Part shown: piece after piece, positions 37,428 through 51,000 of the stretch
How the letters are laid out: every line of letters starts with the position of its first letter
How positions within the stretch are numbered: position 1 is the first letter of the stretch
Source of the DNA: Phoronis australis
Lineage: Eukaryota; Animalia; Phoronida
Reading direction: 5' to 3'
Assembly (NCBI GenBank): GCA_002633005.1
Contig: NMRA01000186.1
Coordinates: forward strand, 475,479 to 539,478
DNA length: 64,000 nucleotides
Notes under the pieces: generated by a model
The model's database searches: none
The model's input: the letters and a program-made list of their open reading frames with translations, nothing else
What the model was told of the DNA's origin: nothing
Program-made: the position numbers and the translations under genes

Positions 37428-38637
37428 AGAAGGCACAATGAAAACATGACCACAAAGTTTGACATCCTCGCAAGTGTCAACATTCAACAAACTGTTGCCC
37501 AATTCAAAACATAAACATGCGACTGATCCAGTCCTCAGGGACTCAGTTTATATAATTTCCACGCAAATACGCAAATAGACAATAATTTTTTGAGATTTGA
37601 AATCCCGTATGATTATGCTTTCCGGCCACAATTCACTTAACATTTTTATTTATTTACTTAGACGTCAAAGGTAACTAGATATATTCGTTTGTCTCAAAAA
37701 GGATGTAAATTTCCAAATCACATATTCTGTTCGTTTTTTTTCCTGGAATTGATTTCAAATGTGCAACGACTTATTTACCTGTGATGGGCTAAAGTAGCAC
37801 GTCTACGTTTTGTTTGTTTTTGCGTGTGCAAATAGACAGAACCGGGAACAGGAATTGAACAGCAATTTCCTGTTCAGTTAATGTTTTTCTTTGACTAAAA
37901 CCGTTTGACAAGATTGGAAACGACGTACCAAAATATAAACTCAACGTCTAAGTTTTAGTTTTTAGATGTTCAAAATTGCTGCTGGAATATTCGCTATTTA
38001 AACTCTTCATAAAATTATTAATTTGTAGAGTTCCAAATGAGTATCGCAATTGATGAAGTTAAAAAAGACGGTAAGCCAAGTATATATTTCCCCTGTTCAT
38101 ATTTGTATTACCTTGAGCAAAAGTTTATTGACCTTTCATGCTTTGCTTTCGCCTTCAGCATCAGTCGACAATGTTTAAAGTGCCCCAGGGCCCTGCTTCT
38201 CGAAAAGTCTTTGCATTTCTCGAAACGCGTTGTCATCTGTCTTTTCGAGCAGGCTACGGATTTCTGTGCTCTGATTTTGAGTTAAAGACAAGTTCAGCCT
38301 TCGCCTGATTTCAGTGAAACTGATTAAGCTTACCGTAGACTTGTTTTTGACGAAAAGACAAAAGTCAGCAAAGTCTTAAAGAAACAGGCCACTGTATGGA
38401 TTTGACCTCAGTAGGACATCACTATTGTGTCAAAGGCGCTTTTCATTAGATTTCAGCAGTATTGAATAAAGCTAGAGTTCAAGATCGAAAAACATAACTA
38501 AAATAGGACCATATCTTTATACTCCGTACATTCGTGGATTTTCAAAATTCGTCTGTGTCATCAATTTTCAACGGCCAATTTGTGGTGTACAACAATCGAT
38601 CCAAACAGTAAAAACTTAAGTCTATTTATTTTCCGGA

Positions 38638-40300
38638 TAACAAGAGCAAAGATGGGGTATGTTTTAGAGGGTCACCAGGAGATGCTGCTGAAGTTGAATC
38701 AGTCCGAAAATCTAGCCCCGCCGTTGCATTGTCATCACATACCGCTATGTCAAGTTTCATTAAAATCTGTCAATCAGCTCTCTAGATATAACCCGAAAAC
38801 TTTCTTCCCTTAAAAACTTCATTTGAAAAGCCGTTTATTGAAACCAAAATGCTGTCCGCACATGGTCATCATATATAACTATGTTAAATTTCAGTGAAAT
38901 CTATCAATCGATTCTCTGGATACGATCTAGAAACGCTACTTTTCCAATCAGCACTTACAAAAGCTTTTTTTTCACGACGCTGCAGTAGACAAATCCAACC
39001 CAAGGGTCCGGTGCATTGACATCACATGTCTGTCAAGTTTCGTTTACATCAGTCAATCATTCTTATAGATATAAAGAATTTCTCTTCCCCTATAACACAT
39101 AAAAACCCTTTGAGATCAAAATGGATAATAGGAGGCGCTGCAGTAATCGAATCCGCGTAAAAATTTATTACTGGTGGTGCATTGGCACCACATACCTCTG
39201 AGTAAAGTTTCATTAAAAATCCATCAATCGCTTCAAAAGATATCAACTGGGAATGTTCTTCCCGAAATAGCACTAGGAGGTGCTGCATACCTCTGTGTCA
39301 AGTTTTCCCGCACGTCACTTTTCTTGATATCATCCAGAAACGCTCTTCCCAAGCAACACTTCAATGGCCCATTGACGAGAACAAAGAGGTCACGAGGAGG
39401 TGCTACAGAGGTAAAAAATTAATGGTGCCCGCGCAACAATATCATACACCTGTGTGTAAAGTTTCTTTGTTCTCTACATATCATCCGTAATCGATCCCGC
39501 ACAAAATAGCCACCAGTAGGCGCCGAAGTGGTCAAATTCCTGTACACCCGAAAGTGGTGCCAAAGACCATTCACTTTGGCCGCCCCAATTATTGTGTCAT
39601 GGACCGTGGCGACGTCTGGCTAGTGTGTGTGCGCTGACGAAGTGAGCAAGGCGTTGATTAAGGCCGATTTCTTGCCACATTTGTATATTGCACGTACACG
39701 CCCGCTAGACGTCCGTCTACGGTCCATGAAACAACAATGGCCGCCAGTGGCCGTCCAATGGGATTTCGCTAAGAAACTTGTTTCCCTCTCCTCTGATGGT
39801 GCTGGCGCAATCCCATCATATATTTCTGTGTTAGGTTTCACTAAATATGTCAATCAGTTCTTTGAATATCATCCGAAAAATCTTTTCCGAAAACAACACT
39901 TGAACAACCTCTCGTCTTAAAGGGCTACTAGGAGTGCTACATCAATCAAATCCGCCCGAAAATTTAATGGTGCTGATGCTTTGTTATCACAAATCACTGT
40001 GTCAACTTTCATTGAAATGACTCACTCTATTCTCTGCGTATCACCTCGAAATGGTCTCACACAAAATGGCCATTAGGAGGCATTGCTTTCGAATCGGCTC
40101 AAAAAACAAATGTAGCCGGTCTAAACTGTTCTCTAGACACAATCCAGAAACGCTCTTCTCTACAAAAAAACCTTTGCCAAGAACAAAATCATTGGGAGGT
40201 GCTGCAGTGGTCGAATCCGCCATAAAAATTTAATCATGCAGGCGTATTGATAACACACACTTTTTTGCAAAGTTTCATTGAAATCCGTCATCCTCCAAAA
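38638..40300. mobile_element. Helentron/HINE-like non-autonomous element with decayed internal repeats
   Basis: About nine spaced variants of tgtcaagtttcattaaaatc.gtcaatc (near 38748, 38882, 39032, 39203, 39296, 39456, 39829, 40001, 40266), with recurring ggaggtgctgca and agaaacgct blocks. Starts near taacaagag. The family assignment is from recall. Confidence 0.5.
39595..39735. repeat. Inverted repeat/hairpin nested in the repeat array
   Basis: tcatggaccgtggcgacgtctggc...gtgcg pairs imperfectly with cgtacac...gctagacgtccgtctacggtccatga. Confidence 0.7.
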
Positions 40301-40599
40301 ATACAAAAAGAGACATGCCTCCAAGACTCCAGCGGGAAAGGCATGGATTGTTCCAATGACGTCCTTCTCCTTTGTGCCAAATTCCGTCAAATTCCAACTA
40401 GGGGTTCTTGAGATTTTTGTGGGCGCATACAAATTGAATATCACTGGAGTTAGGTTTGCATTTCTAATTGCTTAAGAGCGTGTTCCATGAGGTCAAGTAA
40501 AACTGACAGAAAACAACTGTTCTTAAACTTAGAAAATAAGAAGAAAGCAACGTCTTGTGACAAGAGCGGCTTGGTGACGGATTCTTGGTAGCAATCCAA

Positions 40600-40960
40600 C
40601 AAATCAACTCATATTAGCTACTGGAAAGTCAAAACTATTCTACAACAGGAAGTTTCGCAGCGCCTAGCCATAAGATACACAGTTGAGGTGGTCGACGTAT
40701 CTGCAGGTGTCTGGACACTTAAGTAACACATGGAACCATGAAGTCATTTGAGACAGTTTTCAAAGTTTTGCTCTCGCACTGCTTGCCTGAAGGTGACGAG
40801 CTGCGCTCTGATCCATACTTAGAGTATTCAACTAAAAATATGGCAATGTCAGATCAAGCAAATGGCACTCGCATTCGCCAGCTTAACATGAAGACAAAGT
40901 TGCCAGCCACAGATGCAATACTGAAACAAATTCACCTGAATTCATTAACTTGCAAATAGG
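40600..40960 (+). pseudogene. Highly decayed Academ-like transposase remnant
   Basis: Fragments VVDVSAGVWTL, DPYLEYSTKN (cf. FDxYxxxSxK) and TKLPATDAILKQIH (cf. TxxPAPxxLLxxIxC) occur in the expected order, with large deletions. Confidence 0.4.
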
Positions 40961-41805
40961 TGATGACGATTATCTGCAGAAAGTAACACAGGAGCACCAG
41001 TGAGTAGTTTCAGCTGACATGGAGGAAGAATGACGCATGACGTCACAGGCCATGGACCGTAGGCCACAGGAGACCTAGAAAACCACTTCTGCGACCTCTT
41101 TAGGGGGGAACTTAAATTCTGGTGTTTTTGATGTCACAAATCATTTTACTTTCTGAGTCAAAAACGTTCCCGCGCTTAAACTTGCACATTTTTGTGAAAT
41201 TTGATTTTAAAATTGTGCCAATTCAGCAAATTCTACATGGAAAATTAAGTGTCCATGAAGGATGATACTGCAGATAACATTCCTACAGGCTGTATTAGGT
41301 CATAGCAAACACATACTTTGTTATATTTTTCAATTAAAATATAGAATTATAGAAGAAATATGAATTTATAGGTGACCTTTTTTAGCAAAATAGTGTTTTA
41401 TGCTGTTTTGCTGTTGGTAAAGCTAATTGTCAAACTCACTACGTCTCACCTTTACCTAATCACACATTTACTAATCTGTCATACAAAACCAATCATTGTT
41501 ACAAGTTCAAAGCATACAATTTGTCAAAAAATGGAGACAAAAGGTATAGAATGACAACAAATGCAATCCGATGAAGTACAAAAGGCCGAGAAATTAACAA
41601 TGAAGATAAAAAGCTATTACAAGAGACGTAAATATGAAAATAGAAAAATGTTTCATAAATCACCAGGCTGACTGGGCCAGTTACTAGCCTAGTTTCTGTC
41701 TCTTGAGAAGTTGTCTTTCCAAGTTCCTCTGGCTGGGATGCAAGTCCATCACACCGTTACTCATTATCTGACTCAATTTCATCACTCACTTTGACAAACT
41801 TATAG

Positions 41806-42884
41806 TTTTTTGTGTTATTTTTTTGTTAAAAAGTTTTATTGTTATCGTAATGCAATAAAGGCAAACAATATAAACATTCGCGCGCACAGTCACGCTCACA
41901 TTCATACACAGGGGGGCCATTGGTTGTATGTAGTATAAATTAAAATAAAGGTGCTAGAAGGGCCCATCGTTCCTCGAAGTAGAGATACCTGCACTGTTTG
42001 TAGTACATAACATTTTCTACTTTGTAGTATTCAAAAACAAAATGTTTAAAAAGTGCAAAATATGGTTCTACATTCTGAAGTCTTTGCTTGTGTATGTGGT
42101 ACTTGCCTAAACATAAAAGTAGATTTATGATTTTTGGTCCATTAAAGGAGCCAAACATTACGTCAAAATGATCAAGTTTCATATCAATTCCGCAGAGGTT
42201 TTTTATCCAGTTTTCAACAGTTTTCCAAAAACTTTGGACACGTAAACAAGACCAATACAAATGAAAAAGGTCTTCAGAATGAGAATTAAAAAAGTACAAC
42301 TATCTGAATTTCTAACACCAATCTTACTCAAAACCTATTGGTTCCGAGTAGTCTGTGAGTTAAACGTATTTAAAACCATTTTAGCTGGACATCACAAGAA
42401 AAGTTAATAGAATAAGAATAAGCTTTTCTCCACCACTCACGGGGAATTACGGTATTCAACTGTTTTTCCCAATTTTCCTCAAATTTGGGTTTTTATATAG
42501 CTTTTGTATTAAGTGGGTATAAATTTGTTGATTGACTTTTTGTCTCGATATAAGAATGGAATTAAATGTTGTGCAAAAAGGCAAGGTTATCTCGATTTCA
42601 CTACATGGCCTAATTTGAGAATGACGAATAGTTTGACGAATTGCACTTCGGATACCCCAAAAAGATGTAAATGATGGAGAAAACCTGTATCTTTCACAAA
42701 AACACTGGTAAGACATAAAATGACCATTATGGTTCAACAAATCGCGGATAAAAATTATCCCTCTTTTATACCAGTCATTGTAGAAAACAGACTTTTTATC
42801 AATCAAAATATGTTCATTATGCCAGAGTGGTTTGTAATAAAATTCCTCTTTAATGTGATAATCTAGAGAGTACTTCCCCAACAA
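41806..42884 (-). mobile_element. 3' end of an L1/Tx1-clade LINE (ORF2 C-terminus with zf-RVT), decayed
   Basis: LWHNEHILIDKKSVFYNDWYKRGIIFIRDL; EDLFHLYWSCLRVQSFW (zf-RVT); KYHIHKQR and FEERW. Frameshifted, with AATAAA and an A-rich tail near 41840-41806. Confidence 0.9.
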
Positions 42885-42898
42885 CTAAAAATACTTAA

Positions 42899-44500
42899 TC
42901 TTACAGTTTTGGCAGTTGCACATTTCAGTGCATTTTAGTCCAGCATTTACTCAAGAACAAAATTGTTTAACAACAATTCAGTCTGATTCCATTTTGGACT
43001 AAGGAATTGTAGAATAGAGTTATTCCATTTAATTTCGACTTCAGATTTCTAGTTCGGACACATAAATTACAACCTGTTTTGGACGATGTTTCCTCGAGGA
43101 GTGACTTTAACAGAGACAAATGCAATATTTCTAGTTCGGACACATAAATTACAACCTGTTTTGGACAATATTTCCTCGAGGAGTGACTTTAACAGAGTCA
43201 AATGCAATAATTCTAGTTCGGACACATAAATTACAACATGCTTTGGACAATGTTTCCTGAAGGAGTAACTTTAACAGAGTCAAATGCAATATTTCAAGTT
43301 CGGACACATAAATTACAACCTGTCTTGGACGATGTTTCCTCGAGGAGTGACTTTAACAGAGTCAAATGCAATATTTCTAGTTCGGACACATAAATTACAA
43401 CCTGTTTTGGACAATGTTTCCTCGAGGAGTGACTTTAACAGAGTCAAATGCAATATTTCTAGTTCGGACACATAAATTACAACCTGTTTTGGACAATGTT
43501 TCCTCGAGGAGTGACTTCAACAGTCAAATGCAATAATTCTAGTTCGGACACATAAATTACAACCTGTTTTGGACAATGTTTCCTCGAGGAGTGACTTCAA
43601 CAGTCAAATGCAATATTTCTAGTTTGGACACATAAATTACAACATGTTTTGGACGATGTTTCCTCGAGGAGTGACTTTAACAGAGACAAATGCAATATTT
43701 CTAGTTCGGACACATAAATTACAACCTGTTTTGGACAATATTTCCTCAAGGAGTGACTTTAACAGAGTCAAATGCAATAATTCTAGTTCGGACACATAAA
43801 TTACAACATGTTTTGGACAATGTTTCCTGGAGGAGTAACTTTAACAGAGTCAAATGCAATATTTCTAGTTCGGACACATAAATTACAACCTGTTTTGGAC
43901 GATGTTTCCTCGAGGAGTGACTTTAACAGAGTCAAATGCAATATTTCTAGTTCGGACACATAAATTACAACCTGTTTTGGACAATGTTTCCTCGAGGAGT
44001 GACTTTAACACAGTCAAATGCAATATTTCTAATTCGGACACATAAATTACAACCTGTTTTGGACAATGTTTCCTCGAGGAGTGACTTTAACACAGTCAAA
44101 TGCAATATTTCTAGTTCGGACACATAAATTACAACCTGTTTTGGACAATGTTTCCTCGAGGAGTGACTTTAACACAGTCAAATGTAATATTTCTAGTTCG
44201 GACACATAAATTACAACCTGTTTTGGACAATGTTTTCTCGAGAAGTGACTTTAAGTCGAATGCAATATTTCCCCATGCGAGATTTTTGTTGCTCCACAAC
44301 TTCAAAGCAAAACTCTTGAAACACATCTGTGAAATTTCATTGCTTTCACTATCGTTAGATGTCTGTTTTGTCAATGGTCTTGTGAAGCTTTTGTAGCAAG
44401 AATGATGGTATCTGGCTTCGAGTGCTACCAGATCTCTTCCTTGTAATCTGATCAAAAGGTCCTTGTCATTTCCTGCCTTAGCTGCATACAACAACAACCC
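42899..44500 (-). mobile_element. Internally deleted Academ-like DNA transposon ORF remnant interrupted by the 82-bp satellite
   Basis: N-side motif NDKDLLIRLQGRDLVALEARYHHSCYKSF (~44390-44475) and C-terminal Cys-cluster CS*VNAGLKCTEMCNCQNC (42903-42959) lie on the same strand on either side of the array. Confidence 0.6.
43046..44270. repeat. Satellite array, 82-bp unit, ~15 copies
   Basis: Unit tttctagttcggacacataaattacaacctgttttggacaatgtttcctcgaggagtgactttaacagagtcaaatgcaata, with two 80-bp variant copies and no spacers. Confidence 0.98.
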
Positions 44501-45697
44501 ACCTACAACCAAGCAAATGAAAAATAAAAACCGTTGTCAACAAAGCTGTAGTGGTAAAATTAGAGGTAAGTAAGCGTCCAAAGCCCACCGTATCACCTTG
44601 AGCCCTTAAAGTAACTTGCGGTGCGTAGGCGCTGTACGTTCAAATGCCAAAAGGTGGTTGGCTGTTCCTACGTGCGCCTACGCTCCACTACAGCACTGGT
44701 TGTCAGAGTTTGACAATATCAGTACATGCCTGTCCTACAAAACTATAGATGTTGACATGCACTCAATTCTTTATTACAATAACCGAATTGAAGTACAAAG
44801 ATTGATCAAAAGACAGATAGAAAACACTAAAAATAAGACGTGCAGATACAAGGCCTAGCCGGCTGTGCCCAAAAGTGAACAAGATACCCATGGGTTTGTA
44901 TGCAAAATCGTCTGGAAAACAATTTTTTATTTGAAAGTTAACATACAGTTTCAGATATGCACACAAGTTTTTTTAATCATGCAAGTATTCTAAATTGTAC
45001 TTTCCCTCAAATAAATTTTGTAACTTCAAATTACACATAAAATGGAACATTTGTAGAGTGTTCCAACAACAGTGTACAAAATTAATTTGTAAGCAAACTA
45101 TCAACAAACTATGTTGAATGAGTACAAAAATGACTGTTCTCAAAATATTTGCTATATACTTCGTTATTCTTCGACCATATGTGTGAAGCTCGACCTACAT
45201 CTGAAATTAAGGCACCTATGCGCCTTTTAGCAAAACCTCTGAGTAAAAGTAGCTTGAAAATGTAAAGGTGGTGCTCCAGGTATAGGTGCATTCTGTAGTC
45301 AGTAATTACATTGATGGGCACAGGGTGTAATTTCCAAATTCAGACTCAAAGCCTAACCATCCACATTGCACAATTCAAGTGAATTTACTCGAATTGTGGC
45401 ATGCAATTTTCGAGCTGAGCTTCCAGTATGGAGATTACCTCTCCCCCAACCATGGACATTACAAAAATATTTTTGATAGATATCTTACACCATGCCTAGA
45501 GTTATGGTTACTGGGAAAAGAACAATGTACACAGAATAAAATGTTCATCTTGTTCTTGGGTTATGTGTCCTACCTGCATTTGAATGCCATCACACGGGCC
45601 TATTATTCAATGAATTACCTGGATGCTCGATTCAAATACAAGCAGACCAGACACCGAGTCCAGGGAACACACTCTTTTTACCAGTTGTGCATATGAG

Positions 45698-45941
45698 GGC
45701 TTTCCAGTCAATACGTACCTTAGCCAACTCGCACCCAATTCAACTCGTACCCATGCTAAAACATTACTAATAAATTTTCATTTTCATTCACTAAATAACG
45801 GTAAAATTAAGTCGTTTTGCATAACTATGGCTTGATTGATTGATTTTAATCACAGGTTTGCCAAATTAAATAATTTTGAAATACTTCAATTGAAATTTGA
45901 CTTGGGTACAAGTTGACTTGGCTTTGAAGTGACCTGTTTCC
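45698..45941. mobile_element. MITE-like element with subterminal caactcgtaccca repeats in inverted orientation
   Basis: caactcgcacccaattcaactcgtaccca on the left pairs with tgggtacaagttgacttgg on the right. GG...CC ends and similar but not identical flanks (catatgag / cattgag). Confidence 0.4.
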
Positions 45942-47847
45942 CATTGAGGCGCTGATTACACCGTCACTGACTTAAGTGACTTGCGTCAATATTTCATTCT
46001 CCCAGAAAAAAAATAACACTAACCATCATCTTGGTCGTAATCAGGGTGTTCTGTTCTCGGTATACTTTGTAGTTTCGTAATCTTTCCTCTTTGCTCTTTC
46101 AATCTTTGTAATGTCAGTAAGCTTATGTAACATGATTTGTGATACTGCTTCGAGCCCACGCCAATTCGTGAAGTTACTTGATGCAAATGCCAACTTGTGA
46201 CACCTCGTGCTCATTACAGTCTTCATCTCCAAGGGACAGTCATTCTTTCACACAGTCAATGTTTTTTGCCCATGCTAGTTTCGAGAAACAGATGCGATGA
46301 ACTTACTGCTTGAAAGTATATGCAGCATTCATTGACAGCATCTCCTAAAGGAGCCGCCATGTTAGATTAGGTCTGCAGTTACTCAAGATGCCATCTTGTG
46401 TCAGTCTTTTGTTGGATTTAGCGCCACTTATTGTTCAATAATGTAACATTTGGGCTTACAAAAGAACTGCTTTTCTACAAAAATATGTGCAACTTAAAAC
46501 GTGGGAACTTTCCAAGTTTAAATTTCTTAATGGTATATGTATCCATATAGAAAAAATCAAGTTGCCCCCCTGACGTGGTCACAGGATGAAAAGGCTGGAG
46601 CTACAGCCCATGGCCTATCAGCCTCAGCTGATTTTTTCCTGCCCTTCTGGAGGTTGTAACCATCTCGCCTCTGCTATGTTGGGCATACGGTTTAGACATT
46701 GCCTCGATTGTCAATGCATCTTCAGTCAGATTCGATAGAACACTTTTTGCATTATCATAGAAGGAAGATTACGAGAGCCTAGATTTTTAGCATATTAGAG
46801 CGTAATATTGTTGCGCTAAATTTAAAGGAGAATGCAACTCGATTCAATTAGTTTTTGTTGCTGTCATGTCTATTTATATCCACATCACCTCGTACACAGT
46901 CGATCTCACCTAGCCGAAAGGTGTCGCGTTAACCTTTGAGGAAGGTCAGTACACCACGCAGCGACGTCTGTGAAAGATATTTTTCTTTAATCTTGTGGCC
47001 AAAACCAACTATCCCACAGTGAACTACGTCTTATGAACGCAATTTATTTCCCAATTTTTCGCATACATAATTTCTAAATAATTAAACCCTTCCCGACAAC
47101 ACAGAGCTCCACTTTGTCAACTTAAAAATTATCAATGGTACAAAAATAGGTATAGATGAATGGCCGTGGAACACATCCTTTGCTCTAAATTTGTTAAAAA
47201 ACAAAGGTGGTTTTTTGTTCAAATAAATTACTTTTCGTTAAAATGGTGCTGCATCTCATAGAACAACCATTATCGTTATATACGTTTTCAGTCAATTGCT
47301 GACCTTTGTATCAACGTTTAATGGTAAGTTAACTACCATCATCACGGAAAACAAGGCTGGCTTATAAGGCAATTAATGTACTTACGATTTAGTTTATGCT
47401 TTGAGTTATCGTCAGCGTTACCATGAGATATAATGTCCGTCTTGGTAGAATGTTGTGACTCATAGAAAACATTAAGGCTTACCAAAGACTAACAAGGTCG
47501 TTTTGAGTTTGGTGCTCTACATAGAGTGAGAGATGTTTTCTTGTAGTCGAGTATCCCGTGTTTAATTTAAGTTACCAATTGGAAATATTTTCATCACTCA
47601 AACGTCTTTTCCGGATTTGGCCAAAAAATTGTCTTTGCATATTTGTTACTTGGACATGTCAAATTCCAGAAAATTGCTTACATGTACCTTCAGTTCAACT
47701 ACTTGTTCAGTTTTCGTTACGCAAACGTGAGATGTTTCCCCCGAAAAAAACACATTAACTAAACGTGTTGCAAATTTTTAATGGTGTCACGGCTACAGGT
47801 GAAAACTTTCAACTCTGCTTCGACATCGTATGGGCGTTATCATCAAG

Positions 47848-48064
47848 ATGGGCGTCAATTCTCAGGCAGTTTTCACATTGTATTCGATATTATTCGTTCC
47901 TTCAGGAGTGTATACATTTTCTGACGGAGCAGGAAGAGATGCGTGTAGTACGTTTGAGCCCGAACACCTTATTGGACCCAACAGAGTGAAAGCACAGACT
48001 GATGCGAGCCCATTCTCTATCGTGGTTTCTAACGACTCGTACAACACAGGATCTAAAATTGGAG
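47848..48064 (+). CDS. Exon 1: signal peptide and start of Reeler domain
   Basis: MGVNSQAVFTLYSILFVPSGVYT then FSDGAGRDACSTFEPEH...AQTDASPFSI (Reeler GAxxxACxxxxPxH). Donor G|GTATGC. An alternative in-frame ATG lies at 47830. Confidence 0.85.
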
Positions 48065-51000
48065 GTATGCAACAATAGAACTCATGTGTTTAGTCAGTTT
48101 CAAACATGGGAAAAAGACGTCTACCGTTTTATTGTGGTACATTGTATATCAGTAGAGGTATAAACATGACGTTCAGCATTTCGTCGTCGAATAATTTCCC
48201 AGCATTTCTACAAGTAACCTATGTCTACGGATAAACTGTTCGAGTTTAGATGTCGCCAAAGGTATTACTAGGAGGCTTTAAACGACTTTAGCATTTGTAA
48301 AAGTTTCGTTTTCATTTCGGATTTCACTGGACAGAGGCGTATGATAGATAATTTACAATTCACCGGTCAAGCTCTTGGGTCTTCTTCGGATGAACCGGAA
48401 ATACTTGTCAATTGTTTATTCATGTCTTCTGGCAAGTATTTCTTCAACACTAATGTTAAATAATTAATCGTGACGGTGCACTGGTCAGTTCTGGTGTTCA
48501 AGTTAAGGTTTTAAGCAAGGACATTCTTTCACAGGTCCGTAGGAAGATAGACATTATTGGAGGGCACAAGTTAAATCGGCTTCCTAAAGTTTTGTCCACC
48601 CCTACGGTATCACAAATTTCAGATTGAGCCCCTATCACCACCCGACTCCCCGTGGTCCTCGCTAAATTCACAACCACCCATAGGCCTGCGGATTAAGCTG
48701 TTTGGGGGCCAACGGGGAGGCAGTCACCAGAAACCTAAGCCATACAAGTCTACAAAATTTAACGAGAGGGTCACTTTTAGACCCGGAGACGTTACGTGCA
48801 TTACGTACGCCCGTAACTAAAAGGACTGACTTTGACCTTTAGGCCTAAGGGGGGGGGGGTAACTTTATTATGGTGCCAAACATATACTGTCAAAGTTACT
48901 CAATAATTAAGCGGGTATAAAAGTAACGTAAGAAACTACAAGAGTGTATGTGAGGTCTGGAGATATACGGGCACTAATAGTATCATTTTGGAATCGGATG
49001 AACTAAGAATCCTCGGCGTAAACTTGAGCTGTACTGTATCTTCGTCTACTTCGGAGGGTATTTCAGGCCAAAGGTCATTCACTTTTATTTGGGTCATGCT
49101 TTGAAGGCACACTTTGAAAGGATGCTCCTCAGAAGTTCTTGGTACATTGCTGTTTCAACGTGTTGACAACCACACACCCAAGTTTCCGGTGGCTGGTCCT
49201 TGGCCCACGGAAGCCAATTGATAGGCCTATAGAACTGGCCGACTTTCTTCAACCATCTCTAAAACCCATCGAAACACCAATTTCGTTGACTGGCAAAATT
49301 TATCTAGTTTGTGCGGATATTTCCCAAATGACAGCCTGCATCTAAATTCATTGAAGCATCATGAATTTCTTACAAGCTTCTAATTGTCAAAAATCGTTGA
49401 TTAATTAGTCGATTTTCGCATATACATAAACATATAAGTCAGAAAGAACTAACCGTCTCAGGCTACCAGAAGAAAAAAACCATGACAAAGGCTCGGGTTG
49501 TTTATTCTGAACGTGTGAATTTAGGGGGTAAATGACGAATCCAAGTACAGGTCTGGCCGTTTCATTGGGAAGTGACAAATACACATTGCTGTTCCCAGCG
49601 CACAACTTGAAACTAACATAGTCGATACACATCCTAGCCAATGTATGTTTCCCCCTACAGATAAATTACTGTTGAAAATTTGGTTTAGTTGCGGTTTTGG
49701 ATTCTATTCCATGATACTGCAAAGTTTTAGAATTCAACATGCATTTTTTTCAAATAAATACTCTGTGCGTATCTGAGGAAAATTTCCCACATTAACAATC
49801 ACTTGGGTGGACCTATCTGCAGAAACCTCCAGTATGGAACTTTTAGAAAACTCCTGAAACATATGAGCTAAAGACTCGGGAACTTGTTGGGCAGTGGAGA
49901 AGTGGCGGATATCGCCAAGAATCTATTCATGGTAAAGTGAATTCTGGTTTATTCAATGGTAGCGTGATAAGGTTCATGAATTAAACTTCTATTCCAAGAA
50001 TGGCAGAAATCTTTGATAATGACTGCCAGTACACTGTACACATACATTGAACATCTTTTAAGATTAAAATCCTTTGGTCATTCTCAAAAATGATACCATC
50101 GGCAATCTGGTCGATAGGTGTGAGCAGCATTATGTAACATTGTCTTGGCAATCTATCGTCATTCAACAATTTCAAATAGTATTTAATATGTTTGAACGTT
50201 TATGTCACACACAAATCAAACCGTCCACATTCATCTTTTGCAATAATTGTTGTCTTGATACCTGTACGTAATAGCCATTTACAAAACTCAAGCTCAACAC
50301 TTTCTGTTTCGTTTCTGTGGGTTGTACCCCACAATTTTGCACCATAAAACAGAATAGGTGATAGGTGACTTTCCAGAGAGGGGTTCCTGCAAAAAAAATT
50401 CCATTCCCTAAGCAGTGTCTTTTTGAATTTCAAATTGTGAATTGTTTCCTTTGGAAAATCTGTGCACAGCAAGTTTTCTGTTGTTTTTCGAACTCAGAAT
50501 GACAAATAGTGCGCTTATATGATCTGTAGACTACTACCTAAGGCCCCTAACAAATATGAACTGGAAAAGGTTCCATAGGATAAATCCAACAGTGGTAGTA
50601 GACAAATGTTCTCTCATAACTGTTCTTTCTTCAACACGTTTCGCTGTATCTTTCTTCTGTCATCGACTACCCTTTGCTCCGACCTAAATGTACGCCAATG
50701 GCGGTTGCCAGCGTACCACCGTGACGCCTGAAAATTATTCAGGGGGACGCTTCCCAGGGCCCTGTACATTCGGTTATCGCAGTGATGACGTAACTCACTT
50801 ACCGACACGTTCTGTCGAGTTAAGTTGCACGCGTCTGTCACAATGTGACGAGTCTTACATCATAGTTATAGAAAAAATTGGACGACAAAAGTTACGCTGT
50901 CAAGACACGGGGCACTACCAGTTTCTGTCAGTTCCTTAAGATATTAGAAAGAGAATTTTATATTCAAAGGAGGATTTTATTAAATAATGGTAATTTAGAT

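Noticed and set aside
43046-44270. 82-bp array as CRISPR, or the ORFs overlapping it as genes
   Set aside because: There are no spacers, and the unit length is not a multiple of 3, so the ORFs at 43284 and 44148 are repeat by-products.
50688-50830. EGF-like NGGCQ...CTFGY peptide in intron 1
   Set aside because: Only two of six cysteines are in place and no flanking splice sites were found, so it is probably coincidence.
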